Source of the DNA: Oscillospiraceae bacterium | GTDB lineage: Bacteria > Bacillota > Clostridia > Oscillospirales > Acutalibacteraceae | Length of the DNA stretch: 46,888 bases | Direction of reading: 5' to 3' | Assembly (NCBI GenBank): GCA_902787275.1 | Contig: CADAGA010000001.1 | Location: 1 to 46,888 of the forward strand | Part shown: positions 37,763 through 46,888 of the stretch, one piece after another | How the letters are laid out: each line of letters opens with the position of its first letter | Position numbering within the stretch: the first letter of the stretch is position 1 | The notes under the pieces: model-generated | What the model saw: the letters and a program-made list of their open reading frames with translations, nothing else | What the model was told of the DNA's origin: nothing | Databases searched by the model: none | Made by a program: the position numbers and the translations under genes

Positions 37763-37790
37763 AGCAAAACCTCCGAATTCTGATGCATTT

Positions 37791-37819
37791 ATCATACCAC
37801 AAGCGTTTCTTTTTCGCAA
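37791..37819 (-). promoter_or_regulatory. Candidate sigma70-type promoter for the GH38 operon
   Basis: On the minus strand: -35 TTGCGA (37819-37814), 17-nt spacer, -10 TATGAT (37796-37791) with an upstream TG. Confidence 0.45.
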
Positions 37820-37864
37820 GACAAACCCGATCGGCGGAAACCGGAAAAAGAAAAAACTTTTTTG

Positions 37865-37893
37865 TTGCATTTTTGCCGACAATGCGGTATCAT
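37865..37893 (+). promoter_or_regulatory. Candidate sigma70-type promoter for glyQS
   Basis: -35 TTGCAT (37865-37870), 17-nt spacer, -10 TATCAT (37888-37893). This leaves a leader of only about 35 nt before ATG 37931. Confidence 0.45.
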
Positions 37894-37930
37894 AATATGG
37901 TATTTAACTGATTGAGGAGAGAGATACGGT

Positions 37931-39310
37931 ATGGAAAACACGCAGAAATCCATGGACGCGATCGTCGCGCTGTGCAAGGGCAGAGGTTTCATTTTCCCCG
38001 GCAGCGACATTTACGGCGGCCTTGCCAACACGTGGGACTACGGCCCTCTGGGCGCGCGGCTGAAGAACAACGTCAAGGATACGTGGAGAAAGCGCTTCAT
38101 CCAGGAGCGCCACAACAGCTTTGAGGTCGATGCGGACATCCTGATGAATCCGCGCGTGTGGGAGGCGAGCGGCCACGTCGCGTCGTTCTCCGATCCGCTG
38201 CTCGACTGCAAGGAGTGCAAGATGCGCCACCGCGCCGACAACCTGATCGACGACTTCGATCCCGACGCGCATGCCGACGGCATGACGAAGGAGGAGATGT
38301 TCGACTACATCAAGGCGCATTCGATCCCCTGTCCGAACTGCGGCAAGCACAACTTTACGGACATCCGCGAGTTCAACCTGATGTTCCAGACGTTCCGCGG
38401 CGTGACCAACGATTCCAAGAGCGTCATTTATCTGCGCCCCGAAAACGCGCAGGGCGAATACGTCAATTTCCTGAACGTGCAGCGCACCATGCGCGCCAAG
38501 CTCCCGTTCTCCATCGGCCAGATCGGCAAGGCGTTCCGCAACGAGATCACGCCCGGCAACTTCACGTTCCGCACGATCGAGTTCGAGCAGATGGAGTTCC
38601 AGACCTTCTGCAAGGAGGGCACGGACGGCGAGCTGTACGATTATTTCAAGGAATACGGCAAGAAGTATTTCGAGGATCTCGGCATCGCGCCGGAGCATCT
38701 GCGCTTCCACGACCATGAAAAGCTCGCGCACTACGCGAAGGCGGCGTGCGACATCGAGTTCCTGTTCCCGTTCGGCTGGGGCGAGATCAACGGCACGCAC
38801 AACCGCACCGATTTCGACCTCACGCGCCACCAGGAATACAGCGGCACGAAGATGGACTATCTCGATCCCGTGACGAACGAGCGCTTCATTCCGTACATCA
38901 TCGAGTCGACCTACGGCCTCGACCGCACGGTGCTGGCGCTGCTGTGCGAGGCGTACGACGAGGAAGTCATCGACGCCGAAAAGAACGACACGCGCGTGGT
39001 GCTGCGGCTGAGCCCCGCCGTCGCGCCGTACAAGGCGGCCGTGCTGCCGCTGAGCAAGAAGCTCAGCGAAAAGGCGATGGCCATCCGCGACGAGGTGAGC
39101 AAATATTTCATGACCGATTTCGACGAGACCGGCTCCATCGGCAAGCGCTACCGCCGCCAGGACGAGATCGGTACGCCGTTCTGCATCACGTACGACTTCG
39201 AGTCCGAAGAGGACGGCTGCGTGACGGTGCGCGACCGCGATTCGATGGATCAGGTGCGCCTGCCCATCGGCGAGCTGGTCGGCTATATCGAAAAATCGCT
39301 TGCGTTTTAA
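37931..39310 (+). CDS. glyQS: Glycine--tRNA ligase (homodimeric class II, GlyQS type)
   Basis: It has GFIFPGSDIYGGLANTWDYGPLG and class-II motif 2 FRNEITPGNFTFRTIEFEQMEFQTF. A C-terminal anticodon-binding domain is present. Confidence 0.93.
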   Translation: MENTQKSMDAIVALCKGRGFIFPGSDIYGGLANTWDYGPLGARLKNNVKDTWRKRFIQERHNSFEVDADILMNPRVWEASGHVASFSDPLLDCKECKMRHRADNLIDDFDPDAHADGMTKEEMFDYIKAHSIPCPNCGKHNFTDIREFNLMFQTFRGVTNDSKSVIYLRPENAQGEYVNFLNVQRTMRAKLPFSIGQIGKAFRNEITPGNFTFRTIEFEQMEFQTFCKEGTDGELYDYFKEYGKKYFEDLGIAPEHLRFHDHEKLAHYAKAACDIEFLFPFGWGEINGTHNRTDFDLTRHQEYSGTKMDYLDPVTNERFIPYIIESTYGLDRTVLALLCEAYDEEVIDAEKNDTRVVLRLSPAVAPYKAAVLPLSKKLSEKAMAIRDEVSKYFMTDFDETGSIGKRYRRQDEIGTPFCITYDFESEEDGCVTVRDRDSMDQVRLPIGELVGYIEKSLAF

Positions 39311-39313
39311 AGG

Positions 39314-39853
39314 ATGAAAACGATGGAACAAACAGCGCTGCCCGTCGAGGCGCCGAAAAAGAAAAGCGTATGGCTGCCGATCGCCGTCGTGCTGGGCATC
39401 GCTGCGCTGGTCGTGGTGCTGCTGGCTCTCGGGACGAGAGCGGTGCGCAAGAACGGCACGCAGCCCGCACCCGTCATGCTCGCGCAGCAGTGTCACTATT
39501 CCATGTATGAAGAGCGCTCGGACGAGGTGCTGCTGACGTATTCCGTCACGCTGCGCAACGACACGGGCAAGGATCTGACGGGCTTCGCCATGCGCGGCGT
39601 GCTGCAGACGGACTACAAGAACGGCTATATCCTCTCGCCCGACGCAAAAGTGCGCATGTGGGGCGAACAGAACAGCACGTTCTCCATGGCGGCAGGCGAG
39701 ACGAAGACGTACGATCTGATCCTGACCGCCAAATTCCACAGAACGCAGCGTTCCGCCTCGGGCGAGCTGCCGCAGCTTTTTGCGGTCTACCCCGACGGCA
39801 GCGAAGGCTTCACTTTCTCTTTTCCACCGGCACGTATTCTCTTCTCGGGCTGA
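39314..39853 (+). CDS. Hypothetical membrane-anchored protein (179 aa)
   Basis: One N-terminal TM segment (VWLPIAVVLGIAALVVVLLAL) is followed by a soluble domain of about 130 aa. ATG 39323 is an alternative start, better spaced from AAAGGA. The 3' end overlaps the convergent citrate synthase gene by 44 nt. Confidence 0.55.
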   Translation: MKTMEQTALPVEAPKKKSVWLPIAVVLGIAALVVVLLALGTRAVRKNGTQPAPVMLAQQCHYSMYEERSDEVLLTYSVTLRNDTGKDLTGFAMRGVLQTDYKNGYILSPDAKVRMWGEQNSTFSMAAGETKTYDLILTAKFHRTQRSASGELPQLFAVYPDGSEGFTFSFPPARILFSG

Positions 39854-41177
39854 CCGCCATGTACGCCGGACGGATGATCTTGTTGCCGTTGACCAGCTCT
39901 TCGATGCGGTGCGCGCTCCAGCCCGCGATGCGCGCGATGGCGAAGATCGGCGTGAACAGCTCCTCGGGGATGCCGAGCATCGTGTAGACGAACCCGCTGT
40001 AAAAGTCCACGTTGGCACTCACGCCCTTGTACATCTTGCGGCTGCCGACGATCACCTTCGGCGCGAGCTCCTCCACGGCGCTGTAAAGCGCGAATTCCTT
40101 TTCGAGCCCCTTCTCCACGGACAGCGCCTCGACGAACCCCTTGAAGATCTGCGCGCGCGGGTCGGACACGGAATAGATCGCGTGGCCGATGCCGTAAATG
40201 AGTCCGGAGCGGTCGAACGCCTCGCGGTTGACGAGCTTCTGCAGATACGCCTCGATCTCTTCCCGATCCTCCCAGTCGCGCACCTGCTCCTTGATCTCGC
40301 GGAACATATGGCAGACCTTGATGTTCGCGCCGCCGTGCTTGGGACCTTTGAGCGAGCCGAGCGCCGCCGCGACGGCGGAATACGTATCGGTGCCGGAGGA
40401 CGTGACGACGTGCGTCGTGAACGTCGAGTTGTTGCCGCCGCCGTGCTCGGCGTGCAGGATCAGCGCGAGGTCGAGGATGCGCGCCTCGAGCTTGGTGTAC
40501 TTGCTGTTCATGCGCAGCATATGCAGGATATTTTCCGACGTGGACAGCGCGGGGTCCGGCTCATGGATAAAGAAGCTGTCGTTCCCGCGGATGTAGTAAT
40601 TGTATGCCTGGTACCCGTATACCGAGAGCTGCGGAAACACGGAGATCAGCTGCAGACACTGGCGCAGCACGTTCGGGATCGACGTGTCGTCGGCGTTGCG
40701 GTCGTAGGAATACAGCATCAGGACGCTGCGCGCGAGCGAGTTCATCATGTCGCGGCTGGGCGATTTCATCACGACGTCGCGCACGAACGAAGTCGGCAGC
40801 GAGCGGTAATCGCCGAGCAGCGTCTGAAAAGCGGCGAGCGCGTCCTTGTCCGGCAGGCTGCCGAACAGCAGCAGGTAGATGATCTCCTCAAAGCCGAAGC
40901 GGTCGTCCGCGATGAATCCGGAGGTCAGCTTGCGCACGTCGTAGCCGCGGTAAAACAGCTCGCCCGCGCAGGGGACGGACTGAGCGCCGACCTGCTTTTT
41001 GGCGGTGATCTCGGAGATCTCCGTCAGTCCGGTCAGCACGCCGTTCCCGTTCAGGTCGCGCAGACCGCGGTTGACCTTGTGTTCAACGTACAGAGACGGG
41101 TCGATGCGGTCGTCCGCGCAGCACAGCTCCGCAAGCGCCGCCACCTCGGGTGTAACGGCCGAATAGTCTCTTTTCAT
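39810..41177 (-). CDS. Citrate synthase
   Basis: It has LILHAEHGGGNNSTF, SLKGPKHGGAN and the signature region GIGHAIYSVSDPR. GGAGA RBS. Confidence 0.88.
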   Translation of the reverse strand: MKRDYSAVTPEVAALAELCCADDRIDPSLYVEHKVNRGLRDLNGNGVLTGLTEISEITAKKQVGAQSVPCAGELFYRGYDVRKLTSGFIADDRFGFEEIIYLLLFGSLPDKDALAAFQTLLGDYRSLPTSFVRDVVMKSPSRDMMNSLARSVLMLYSYDRNADDTSIPNVLRQCLQLISVFPQLSVYGYQAYNYYIRGNDSFFIHEPDPALSTSENILHMLRMNSKYTKLEARILDLALILHAEHGGGNNSTFTTHVVTSSGTDTYSAVAAALGSLKGPKHGGANIKVCHMFREIKEQVRDWEDREEIEAYLQKLVNREAFDRSGLIYGIGHAIYSVSDPRAQIFKGFVEALSVEKGLEKEFALYSAVEELAPKVIVGSRKMYKGVSANVDFYSGFVYTMLGIPEELFTPIFAIARIAGWSAHRIEELVNGNKIIRPAYMAVSPRREYVPVEKRK

Positions 41178-41392
41178 GAAGGCGGTCTCCTTTCTCGTGA
41201 GATATTAACTTATTATACCAAAAGAATATGAATAAAATTTAAACGCGGCGCAGAAGAACTCGTCGGCAAAATTCACAAAAATGGAATCGCGTTTTCGGCA
41301 GATCGTACAAATCGCAAGGAAATGATTCTCAAACAGACCGGAATGTGTTATAGTAGACGTTGGAGATCGCAGACAGTGAAGGAGATGCTTTT

Positions 41393-42343
41393 ATGGACGT
41401 TATCCGGGAAGAATACAGATTCGATTCCGCAACGGGGGTGTGCCGCATTTTCGCGCGCTCGATCGCGCCCGCGGACAAGACGAAGGTGCGCGGCATCCTG
41501 CAGGTCGTGCACGGCATGGCGGAGCACGGCGAGCGCTATCAGGCGATGGCGTACTACATGGCATACCACGGCTATGCCGTTTTTATCCACGATCACGCGG
41601 GTCACGGGCGCTCGGTCGAAAACGACACGCTGCTGGGCTACTTCGGCGAGAAGGACGGCTGGCGCGGTCTGATCGACGACGTGCGCACGCTCGCGGAAAA
41701 GGCGATGGAGAAATATCCGAACCGTCCGATGTTCCTGCTCGGACACAGCATGGGCTCGTTCGTTGCGCGCGCCTATGCCGCGCAGTACGGCGACGAGCTT
41801 GCCGGCGCGATCTTCTGCGGCACGAGCGGCGCGAACCCCGGCGCATCCGCCGGCATCGCGGTCGCGGGCATCGTGGAGAAGTTCAAGGGCGAGCTGTACC
41901 GCAGTCCGTTCATCGACCACATCGCGTTCGGCAGCTACAACAAGCGCTACGAGAATCCGCGCACGCAGTTTGACTGGCTTTCGCGCGACGAGAGCGAAGT
42001 GGATCTGTACATCAAGGACCCGTACTGCGGCTTCCTGTTCACCGCAGCAGGCTACAAGGACATGTTCACGCTTCTGCAGTCCGTGTCCGGCAAGGCGTGG
42101 TATCGGAGCGTGCCGAAAAAGCTGCCGATCCTGCTCATTTCCGGATCGATGGACCCGGTCGGCGGCTACGGCAAGGGCGTGCGGCAGGTGTACGCCGATC
42201 TGCTGAAAACCGGCCACGAGAACGTGAAGATCCGCGTCTACGACGGCGCGCGGCACGAGCTGTTCAACGAGACGAACGCCAAGGACGTGCTGCGCGATCT
42301 GCTCGAATGGACGGATGAAACGCGAAAGAGGGAGAACGAATGA
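41393..42343 (+). CDS. Alpha/beta hydrolase (lysophospholipase / monoacylglycerol-lipase-like)
   Basis: ORF 41360..42343 trimmed to ATG 41393 (GAAGGAG RBS). It has VVHGMAEHGERY, the nucleophile elbow GHSMGS, and C-terminal ...GARHELFNE. Confidence 0.75.
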   Translation: MDVIREEYRFDSATGVCRIFARSIAPADKTKVRGILQVVHGMAEHGERYQAMAYYMAYHGYAVFIHDHAGHGRSVENDTLLGYFGEKDGWRGLIDDVRTLAEKAMEKYPNRPMFLLGHSMGSFVARAYAAQYGDELAGAIFCGTSGANPGASAGIAVAGIVEKFKGELYRSPFIDHIAFGSYNKRYENPRTQFDWLSRDESEVDLYIKDPYCGFLFTAAGYKDMFTLLQSVSGKAWYRSVPKKLPILLISGSMDPVGGYGKGVRQVYADLLKTGHENVKIRVYDGARHELFNETNAKDVLRDLLEWTDETRKRENE

Positions 42344-42642
42344 ACCGACTGATCCCGCTTTCCACGATCGAATACTTCACGCAGGGCAACGTGATGCTCG
42401 GCTCGGTCACGCCCGACGAGCTGGTCGCCGACCCGCTCGCAAAGCTGTTTCATTACCGCGCCTTCGCGGACGGGGAGAAGCTGACCGCGCTGTATTTTAT
42501 CGACAACGTCTGCTTCGACCTGACGGACAAGGCGAAGGTCGTGCAAAACGACTTTGAATTGTCGCCCGACGGCATCGACGCGGCGGCCGCGTGGCTTGAG
42601 GCGCGCTATCGCGAATACGAGCGCACGGTCGATACATTATAA
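42340..42642 (+). CDS. Hypothetical protein (100 aa)
   Basis: ATGA overlap with the hydrolase stop. GAGGGAGAA RBS. Normal amino-acid composition. I recognise no motif. Confidence 0.5.
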   Translation: MNRLIPLSTIEYFTQGNVMLGSVTPDELVADPLAKLFHYRAFADGEKLTALYFIDNVCFDLTDKAKVVQNDFELSPDGIDAAAAWLEARYREYERTVDTL

Positions 42643-42669
42643 TAAAAAAGAAAAAGTTGAAAAACCCTC

Positions 42670-42698
42670 TTGACACGGGAGAAGGAATGTGTTACAAT
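42670..42698 (+). promoter_or_regulatory. Near-consensus sigma70-type promoter for rpmG-secE-nusG-rplK-rplA
   Basis: -35 TTGACA (42670-42675), 17-nt spacer, -10 TACAAT (42693-42698) with an upstream TGT extended -10. Confidence 0.6.
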
Positions 42699-42787
42699 GA
42701 CTTCACCTCTGAAAGAGGGTTCTTTTTTTGTGCCCTTTTTTCTCAATGCAGAGGGAGGTAAAATTTCCAAAATGGAGGTGCCGTCAA

Positions 42788-42937
42788 ATGAGAGTCAAGA
42801 TCACTCTTTCCTGCACGGAGTGCAAGCAGCGCAACTACAACACGATGAAAGACAAGAAAAACACACCGGACAGGCTGGAGAGAAACAAGTACTGCAGATT
42901 CTGCAAGAAACACACTCTCCACCGCGAAACGAAGTAA
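42788..42937 (+). CDS. rpmG: 50S ribosomal protein L33
   Basis: ORF 42728..42937 trimmed to ATG 42788 (GGAGGTG RBS). The sequence is [49 protein letters not shown]. Confidence 0.92.
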   Translation: MRVKITLSCTECKQRNYNTMKDKKNTPDRLERNKYCRFCKKHTLHRETK

Positions 42938-42952
42938 TCGGGAGGACTGAGC

Positions 42953-43354
42953 ATGGCGAAAAATGAAAAATCCGCAGCCGCGGAGAAAATCGCAGCCGCC
43001 GAAAAGGTCAAGGCGAAAAAGCCGAAGTCCGACAAGCCGAATATCTTCGTTCGCGCATGGAAGGCCATCGTCCGCTTTTTCAAGGACCTTCGCGGTGAGA
43101 CAAAGAAAATCGTCTGGCCCGACGGAAAGACCGTTCTCAAGAGCACGGGCGTCGTTCTGGCGGTCGTCGTTGTGTTCACGGTCGTGATCTGGCTGATCGA
43201 CCTCGGACTGTCGAAGTCCATCGATCTGGTCAGCGACCTTGCGCGCAACGCGAACGATACGACCGCGGTGAGCGAGATCGCCGACGAGAACACCGTCAGC
43301 GAGAACATCGAGATCGCGCCGACCGAAGCCGCGGCGGAAACCGCCGCCGAATAA
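42953..43354 (+). CDS. secE: Preprotein translocase subunit SecE (extended, 133 aa)
   Basis: The SecE core is LRGETKKIVWPDGKTVLKSTGVVLAVVVVFTVVIWLIDLGL. It is flanked by a Lys/Ala-rich N-terminal extension and an acidic C-terminal extension. Its position between rpmG and nusG is canonical. Confidence 0.85.
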   Translation: MAKNEKSAAAEKIAAAEKVKAKKPKSDKPNIFVRAWKAIVRFFKDLRGETKKIVWPDGKTVLKSTGVVLAVVVVFTVVIWLIDLGLSKSIDLVSDLARNANDTTAVSEIADENTVSENIEIAPTEAAAETAAE

Positions 43355-43372
43355 GAATCGGAGGGAATCGGA

Positions 43373-43930
43373 ATGTCGGTCGACACCAGATGGTACGTGG
43401 TCCACACGTATTCGGGCTACGAAAACAAAGTTAAAACCAATATCGAAAAAGTCGTCGAAAACCGCAACATGCACGACGAGATCTTCGAGGTCAAGATCCC
43501 CACGGAGACGGTCACCGAGATCGTCGGGGATAAGCGCCGCGAGGTCGAGCGCAAGCTCTTCCCCGGCTACGTCCTCGTCAAGGTCGCCGTGCACATGGAC
43601 GACGACGATCGGCCTGCCATGAACGACGAGACGTGGCTTGTGATCCGCAACACGCGCGGCGTCACGGGTTTCGTCGGTCCCGAGAACAAGGCGATCCCCC
43701 TCACGGAGGAGGAGGTCTACAAGCTCGGCGTCGAAAAGCGCAGCGTCGAGGTCAACTACGCCGTGGGCGATACCGTCAATATCGTGGATGAGATCTTTGA
43801 CGGCTTCACCGGCACGGTCGAGGAGATCGACGTGGAAAACAATCTTGTCCGCGTTTCGGTTTCCGCTCTGTTCGGCAAGGAGACCAAGGTCGAGCTGGAA
43901 CTCGATCAGGTCGAGCCGATCGGAGACTGA
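43373..43930 (+). CDS. nusG: Transcription termination/antitermination factor NusG
   Basis: It has RWYVVHTYSGYENKVKTNIE (NGN domain) and the KOW motif GDTVNIVDEIFDGFTGTVEEID. Confidence 0.93.
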   Translation: MSVDTRWYVVHTYSGYENKVKTNIEKVVENRNMHDEIFEVKIPTETVTEIVGDKRREVERKLFPGYVLVKVAVHMDDDDRPAMNDETWLVIRNTRGVTGFVGPENKAIPLTEEEVYKLGVEKRSVEVNYAVGDTVNIVDEIFDGFTGTVEEIDVENNLVRVSVSALFGKETKVELELDQVEPIGD

Positions 43931-43967
43931 TTTTTCTGAGTTTCACATGAATTGGAGGAAATAAACA

Positions 43968-44393
43968 ATGGCACAGAAAGTCGTTGGCTTAATCAAGCTT
44001 CAGATCCCTGCCGGCAAGGCCACTCCGGCCCCGCCCGTAGGTCCCGCCCTTGGCCAGCATGGCGTCAACATCATGGGCTTCACCAAGGAATTCAATGAAA
44101 GAACCAAGAATGACATGGGTCTGATCATTCCCGTCGTCATCACGGTTTATGCAGACCGCACATTCTCCTTCATCACGAAGACGCCCCCCGCGGCCGTCCT
44201 CATCAAGAAGGCCTGCGGCATCGAAAGCGGTTCCGGCGTCCCGAACAAGACGAAGGTCGCCACGATCACTTCCGAACAGGTTCGCAAGATCGCCGAGCAG
44301 AAGATGCCCGACCTCAACGCCGCAAGCGTCGAGGCAGCCATGAGCATGATCGCCGGCACTGCACGCAGCATGGGCGTCGTCGTCGCTGACTGA
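43968..44393 (+). CDS. rplK: 50S ribosomal protein L11
   Basis: It has [37 protein letters not shown]. Confidence 0.95.
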   Translation: MAQKVVGLIKLQIPAGKATPAPPVGPALGQHGVNIMGFTKEFNERTKNDMGLIIPVVITVYADRTFSFITKTPPAAVLIKKACGIESGSGVPNKTKVATITSEQVRKIAEQKMPDLNAASVEAAMSMIAGTARSMGVVVAD

Positions 44394-44450
44394 CACGCGC
44401 GTGTGTGGGAGGAAACATCCGATTAACCACATCAATGGAGGAAATGAATT

Positions 44451-45146
44451 ATGAAACACGGTAAAAAATATAACGAGAGCGCAAAGCTCGTCGATCGTAC
44501 CAAGCTTTATGATCCCGACGAAGCCATGGCGACCGTCGTCAAGACCGCCACGGCGAAGTTCGATGAGACCGTCGAAGTGCACGTCCGTCTGGGCGTCGAC
44601 TCCCGTCACGCTGACCAGCAGGTCAGAGGCGCGGTCATCCTGCCCAACGGCACCGGCAAAAACGTCCGCGTCGCCGTTTTCGCAAAGGGCGACGAAGCGA
44701 AGGCAGCCGAGGCTGCCGGCGCCGACATCGTCGGTGCGGAAGATCTGGTCGCCCGCATCCAGGGCGAAGGCTTCATGGATTTCGACGTTGCGATCGCAGC
44801 GCCCAACACGATGGGTCTCGTCGGTCGTCTCGGTAAGATCCTCGGCCCGCGCGGCCTGATGCCCAGCCCGAAGGCCGGCACGGTCACGCCCGACGTCGGC
44901 AAGGCTGTCACCGAAGCCAAAGCCGGTAAGATCGAGTACCGTCTGGACAAGACGAACATCATCCATTGCCCGATCGGCAAGGCGTCCTTCGGCTCCGAGA
45001 AGCTGCAGGAAAACTTTGATGCGCTCCTCGACGCGATCATCAAGGCGAAGCCCGCTGCCGCGAAAGGCCAGTACGTGCGTTCCTGCGTCATCGCGACCAC
45101 GATGGGCCCCGGCATCCGCATCAACCCGCTGAAGGTCGGCGGCTGA
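44451..45146 (+). CDS. rplA: 50S ribosomal protein L1
   Basis: It has [34 protein letters not shown] and ...[16 protein letters not shown]. Confidence 0.95.
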   Translation: MKHGKKYNESAKLVDRTKLYDPDEAMATVVKTATAKFDETVEVHVRLGVDSRHADQQVRGAVILPNGTGKNVRVAVFAKGDEAKAAEAAGADIVGAEDLVARIQGEGFMDFDVAIAAPNTMGLVGRLGKILGPRGLMPSPKAGTVTPDVGKAVTEAKAGKIEYRLDKTNIIHCPIGKASFGSEKLQENFDALLDAIIKAKPAAAKGQYVRSCVIATTMGPGIRINPLKVGG

Positions 45147-45170
45147 TCCCAAAAGCAAAGCATAAGAGAA

Positions 45171-45207
45171 ATCCCCCGCAGCTTTGTGCTGCGGGGGTCT
45201 TTTTTTG
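45171..45207. terminator. Strong bidirectional rho-independent terminator after rplA
   Basis: CCCCCGCAGC (45173-45182) pairs with GCTGCGGGGG (45188-45197). The loop is 5 nt and the stem is followed by TCTTTTTTT. Confidence 0.8.
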
Positions 45208-45212
45208 CCCGT

Positions 45213-46888
45213 TTATGAATGTGTCATCGTATAGAAGAACGCCACGATACCGAAAAGCGGCGGGAATCTTTCGGCGAGCTTTTCTATTTTCATTTGCGTT
45301 TGACAGTCTTCCTTGTTTTCGCTGCCGACGTGCCACTGGTCGGGCGTCGCGTAGCGGATGACCTCTTTGTCGATCGCGCGGACGTCCTCTGCGCTGAATT
45401 CCGCGAAATCGATCACGCCGCTTGCGAGGAGATCCTCATAGAGCTTTTCTTTTTCCGCGGCTCGCTTGCGGCTGAAAAAGGAGAATTCGCACTTTCCGGC
45501 GCTGGCTTTCCACCATCTCCAGGAAAGCTCCGTTCGCTTGAGGTTCGCAAGCTGTTCGTCCGTTTCGGCGGCGTTCTCCGCCTTTTTCCACAATCCGTCG
45601 ATGATGCGCGCTTCGATCGCCGTGAACGGCCGCATGCACGCCCAAGAGCCGTAGTAGATCGCCATTTCGCCGTCAAACGAGCCGGAGTGCCGCGTGAACG
45701 TGTCGACGATTTTCTTGACGTACTTTCCGCCCGGACCGTAGTAGGCGTCGCAGAATCCGGCGACCTCTTTGTCCAGATCGCAGTACGGGTCCTGCATGCA
45801 CTTGGAGATCATGTAAGCGCGAAGCTCGCCGAACTCCGTGTCGCAGCGGTTCATGTAATAGTTGCCCTCGACGTACATGCCCTTGACGTTGTTTTCGTAG
45901 AAGATCTGCATGTTCTTCTGGATCACGCCGAAGTTCGGGAACACGGTGCAGGTGTGCACGTAGTTGGTCGCGTAGTCCCAGATATACAGCCGGTCGCAGA
46001 TCTTTGCCCAGTCGGTGAGATCCTTGTAGAACTTGCCGTTGCATTTTTTCGTGTCCAGCGGGTGCGAGAAGCAGCACAGGATCGAACACAGGCGGATGAT
46101 GACGTTGTCGCGCGGGACGATGCCTTCCGGCGCGGACTGGGAGTAGTAATAGGCGAACGTGTCGATCGCGACGTTGTTGTACCCCTTTTCTTTGACGACG
46201 TCGGCGATCTGATTGACGAAGTTGACGACCGTTGCCGACGGTTTGCCGCCGTGTGCGTCCTCAAACGCCTTGCAGTTCTCACACTGGCAGTTCGAGAAGT
46301 TGTCGTTCTGCGTAACGGAAACGATCTGCAGCGGCGCGTTCGGATCGTGCTTCTCTTCGAGGATCTTCAGCACGTTTTTCGTGCAGATCGCCAGCACGTC
46401 CGGATTCGTCAGACACGGCTGATCGGTCGTCCGTTCGCCGTCGTGCAGCGCGAGATACTCCGGATGCGTGTCCTTGTATTTTTCGGTTTCGCACAGACCG
46501 CCGATGGTGTGGCAGAAGCCGCCGAGGTAGTCGACGCTGCCGCCCATCTGCGGCGGGATCGTTCTGCGCGAGCCGTTGGTCAGTCCGTTTGCCATGGAGT
46601 ACTCCGTGTCGGACGGGCTTTTCCAGTCCGTGTCGGTGCTCTCGAAAAACGGCTCGTACACGATATCCGTGCGCGCGGGTACGGTGATTGTTTCGCTTTT
46701 CGGCAGCACGGTGATCGTCGACGTGTAGACTTTTCTGCCGCAGAATTCTTCGAGAAAACGGTACGCGGCGATCTGCAGACCGCGCTGCGCTGTACCGTTT
46801 ATGTGGACGTTTCCGTTCTTTGCGACGATCCGGTAGCCGTTGTCGGCGACACCGGAAACGTCGCAGTCCGCGGCCGCGCCGACCGCGA
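45213..46888 (-). CDS. DUF4838-domain protein (GH20-like putative glycoside hydrolase); 5' end lies beyond the window
   Basis: ORF 45213..46709 begins at an internal GTG. The same frame stays open to the window end: my translation is [64 protein letters not shown].... Cys-rich motifs [17 protein letters not shown] and ...IWDYATNY..., and the overall pattern, fit DUF4838 as I recall it. Confidence 0.6.
   Translation of the reverse strand, partial: AVGAAADCDVSGVADNGYRIVAKNGNVHINGTAQRGLQIAAYRFLEEFCGRKVYTSTITVLPKSETITVPARTDIVYEPFFESTDTDWKSPSDTEYSMANGLTNGSRRTIPPQMGGSVDYLGGFCHTIGGLCETEKYKDTHPEYLALHDGERTTDQPCLTNPDVLAICTKNVLKILEEKHDPNAPLQIVSVTQNDNFSNCQCENCKAFEDAHGGKPSATVVNFVNQIADVVKEKGYNNVAIDTFAYYYSQSAPEGIVPRDNVIIRLCSILCCFSHPLDTKKCNGKFYKDLTDWAKICDRLYIWDYATNYVHTCTVFPNFGVIQKNMQIFYENNVKGMYVEGNYYMNRCDTEFGELRAYMISKCMQDPYCDLDKEVAGFCDAYYGPGGKYVKKIVDTFTRHSGSFDGEMAIYYGSWACMRPFTAIEARIIDGLWKKAENAAETDEQLANLKRTELSWRWWKASAGKCEFSFFSRKRAAEKEKLYEDLLASGVIDFAEFSAEDVRAIDKEVIRYATPDQWHVGSENKEDCQTQMKIEKLAERFPPLFGIVAFFYTMTHS

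Noticed and set aside
42699-42787. Terminator-like hairpin plus T-run (CCTCT-GAA-AGAGG then GTTCTTTTTTT) just downstream of the rpmG promoter; a possible attenuator.
   Set aside because: The stem is only 5 bp with a 3-nt loop. An alternative pairing of CCTCT with AGAGG near 42752 is equally weak. This is not enough to call a regulatory RNA without folding energetics or conservation.

Overview
This 46.9-kb window is high-GC chromosomal DNA. Coding lines I hand-counted are about 65-70% GC. The organism looks Gram-positive and Clostridia-like, an inference from GGAGG ribosome-binding sites, ATGA/GTGA overlapping gene junctions, gene content and a dockerin module.

I can support about 41 protein genes. 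I found no rRNA, tRNA, CRISPR array, transposase or integrase.

Housekeeping genes: murC, zapA, a U32 peptidase, typA/bipA, ribF, glyQS, citrate synthase and the rpmG-secE-nusG-rplK-rplA cluster.

Between these lie glycan-utilisation and cell-surface genes:
- Glycoside hydrolases and related: GH2 beta-galactosidase, GH43, GH38 alpha-mannosidase, a DUF4838/GH20-like protein and a pectate-lyase-fold protein.
- Transport and phosphoester hydrolysis: a GPH/MFS symporter, two metallophosphoesterases, an alkaline phosphatase, a ceramidase-like protein and a secreted EEP hydrolase.
- Surface modification: two acyltransferase-3 membrane proteins and a GtrB-like GT2 followed by a large polytopic membrane protein.
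- A 1655-aa secreted protein with GLUG repeats, beta-helix repeats and a C-terminal dockerin.

Observations I consider most worth following up:
1. A roughly 0.9-kb low-GC (about 32-40%) single-gene island at 22642-23572. It encodes a 253-aa protein I cannot assign to a family and sits inside a high-GC minus-strand gene string.
2. A tightly coupled four-gene cluster: metallophosphoesterase, GPH symporter, beta-helix protein, secreted metallophosphoesterase.
3. The giant dockerin protein with internal module duplications.
4. A translationally coupled alkaline phosphatase and ceramidase-like gene pair.
5. A GtrB-like GT2 gene whose conserved C-terminal motif is out of frame.
6. Several consensus promoters with overlapping palindromes, including an ArsR/SmtB-type operator in front of a truncated heavy-metal ATPase gene.

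The many long ORFs antisense to these genes are codon-phase artefacts of high GC3 and are rejected. All functional calls come from motif recognition by eye, with no database search.
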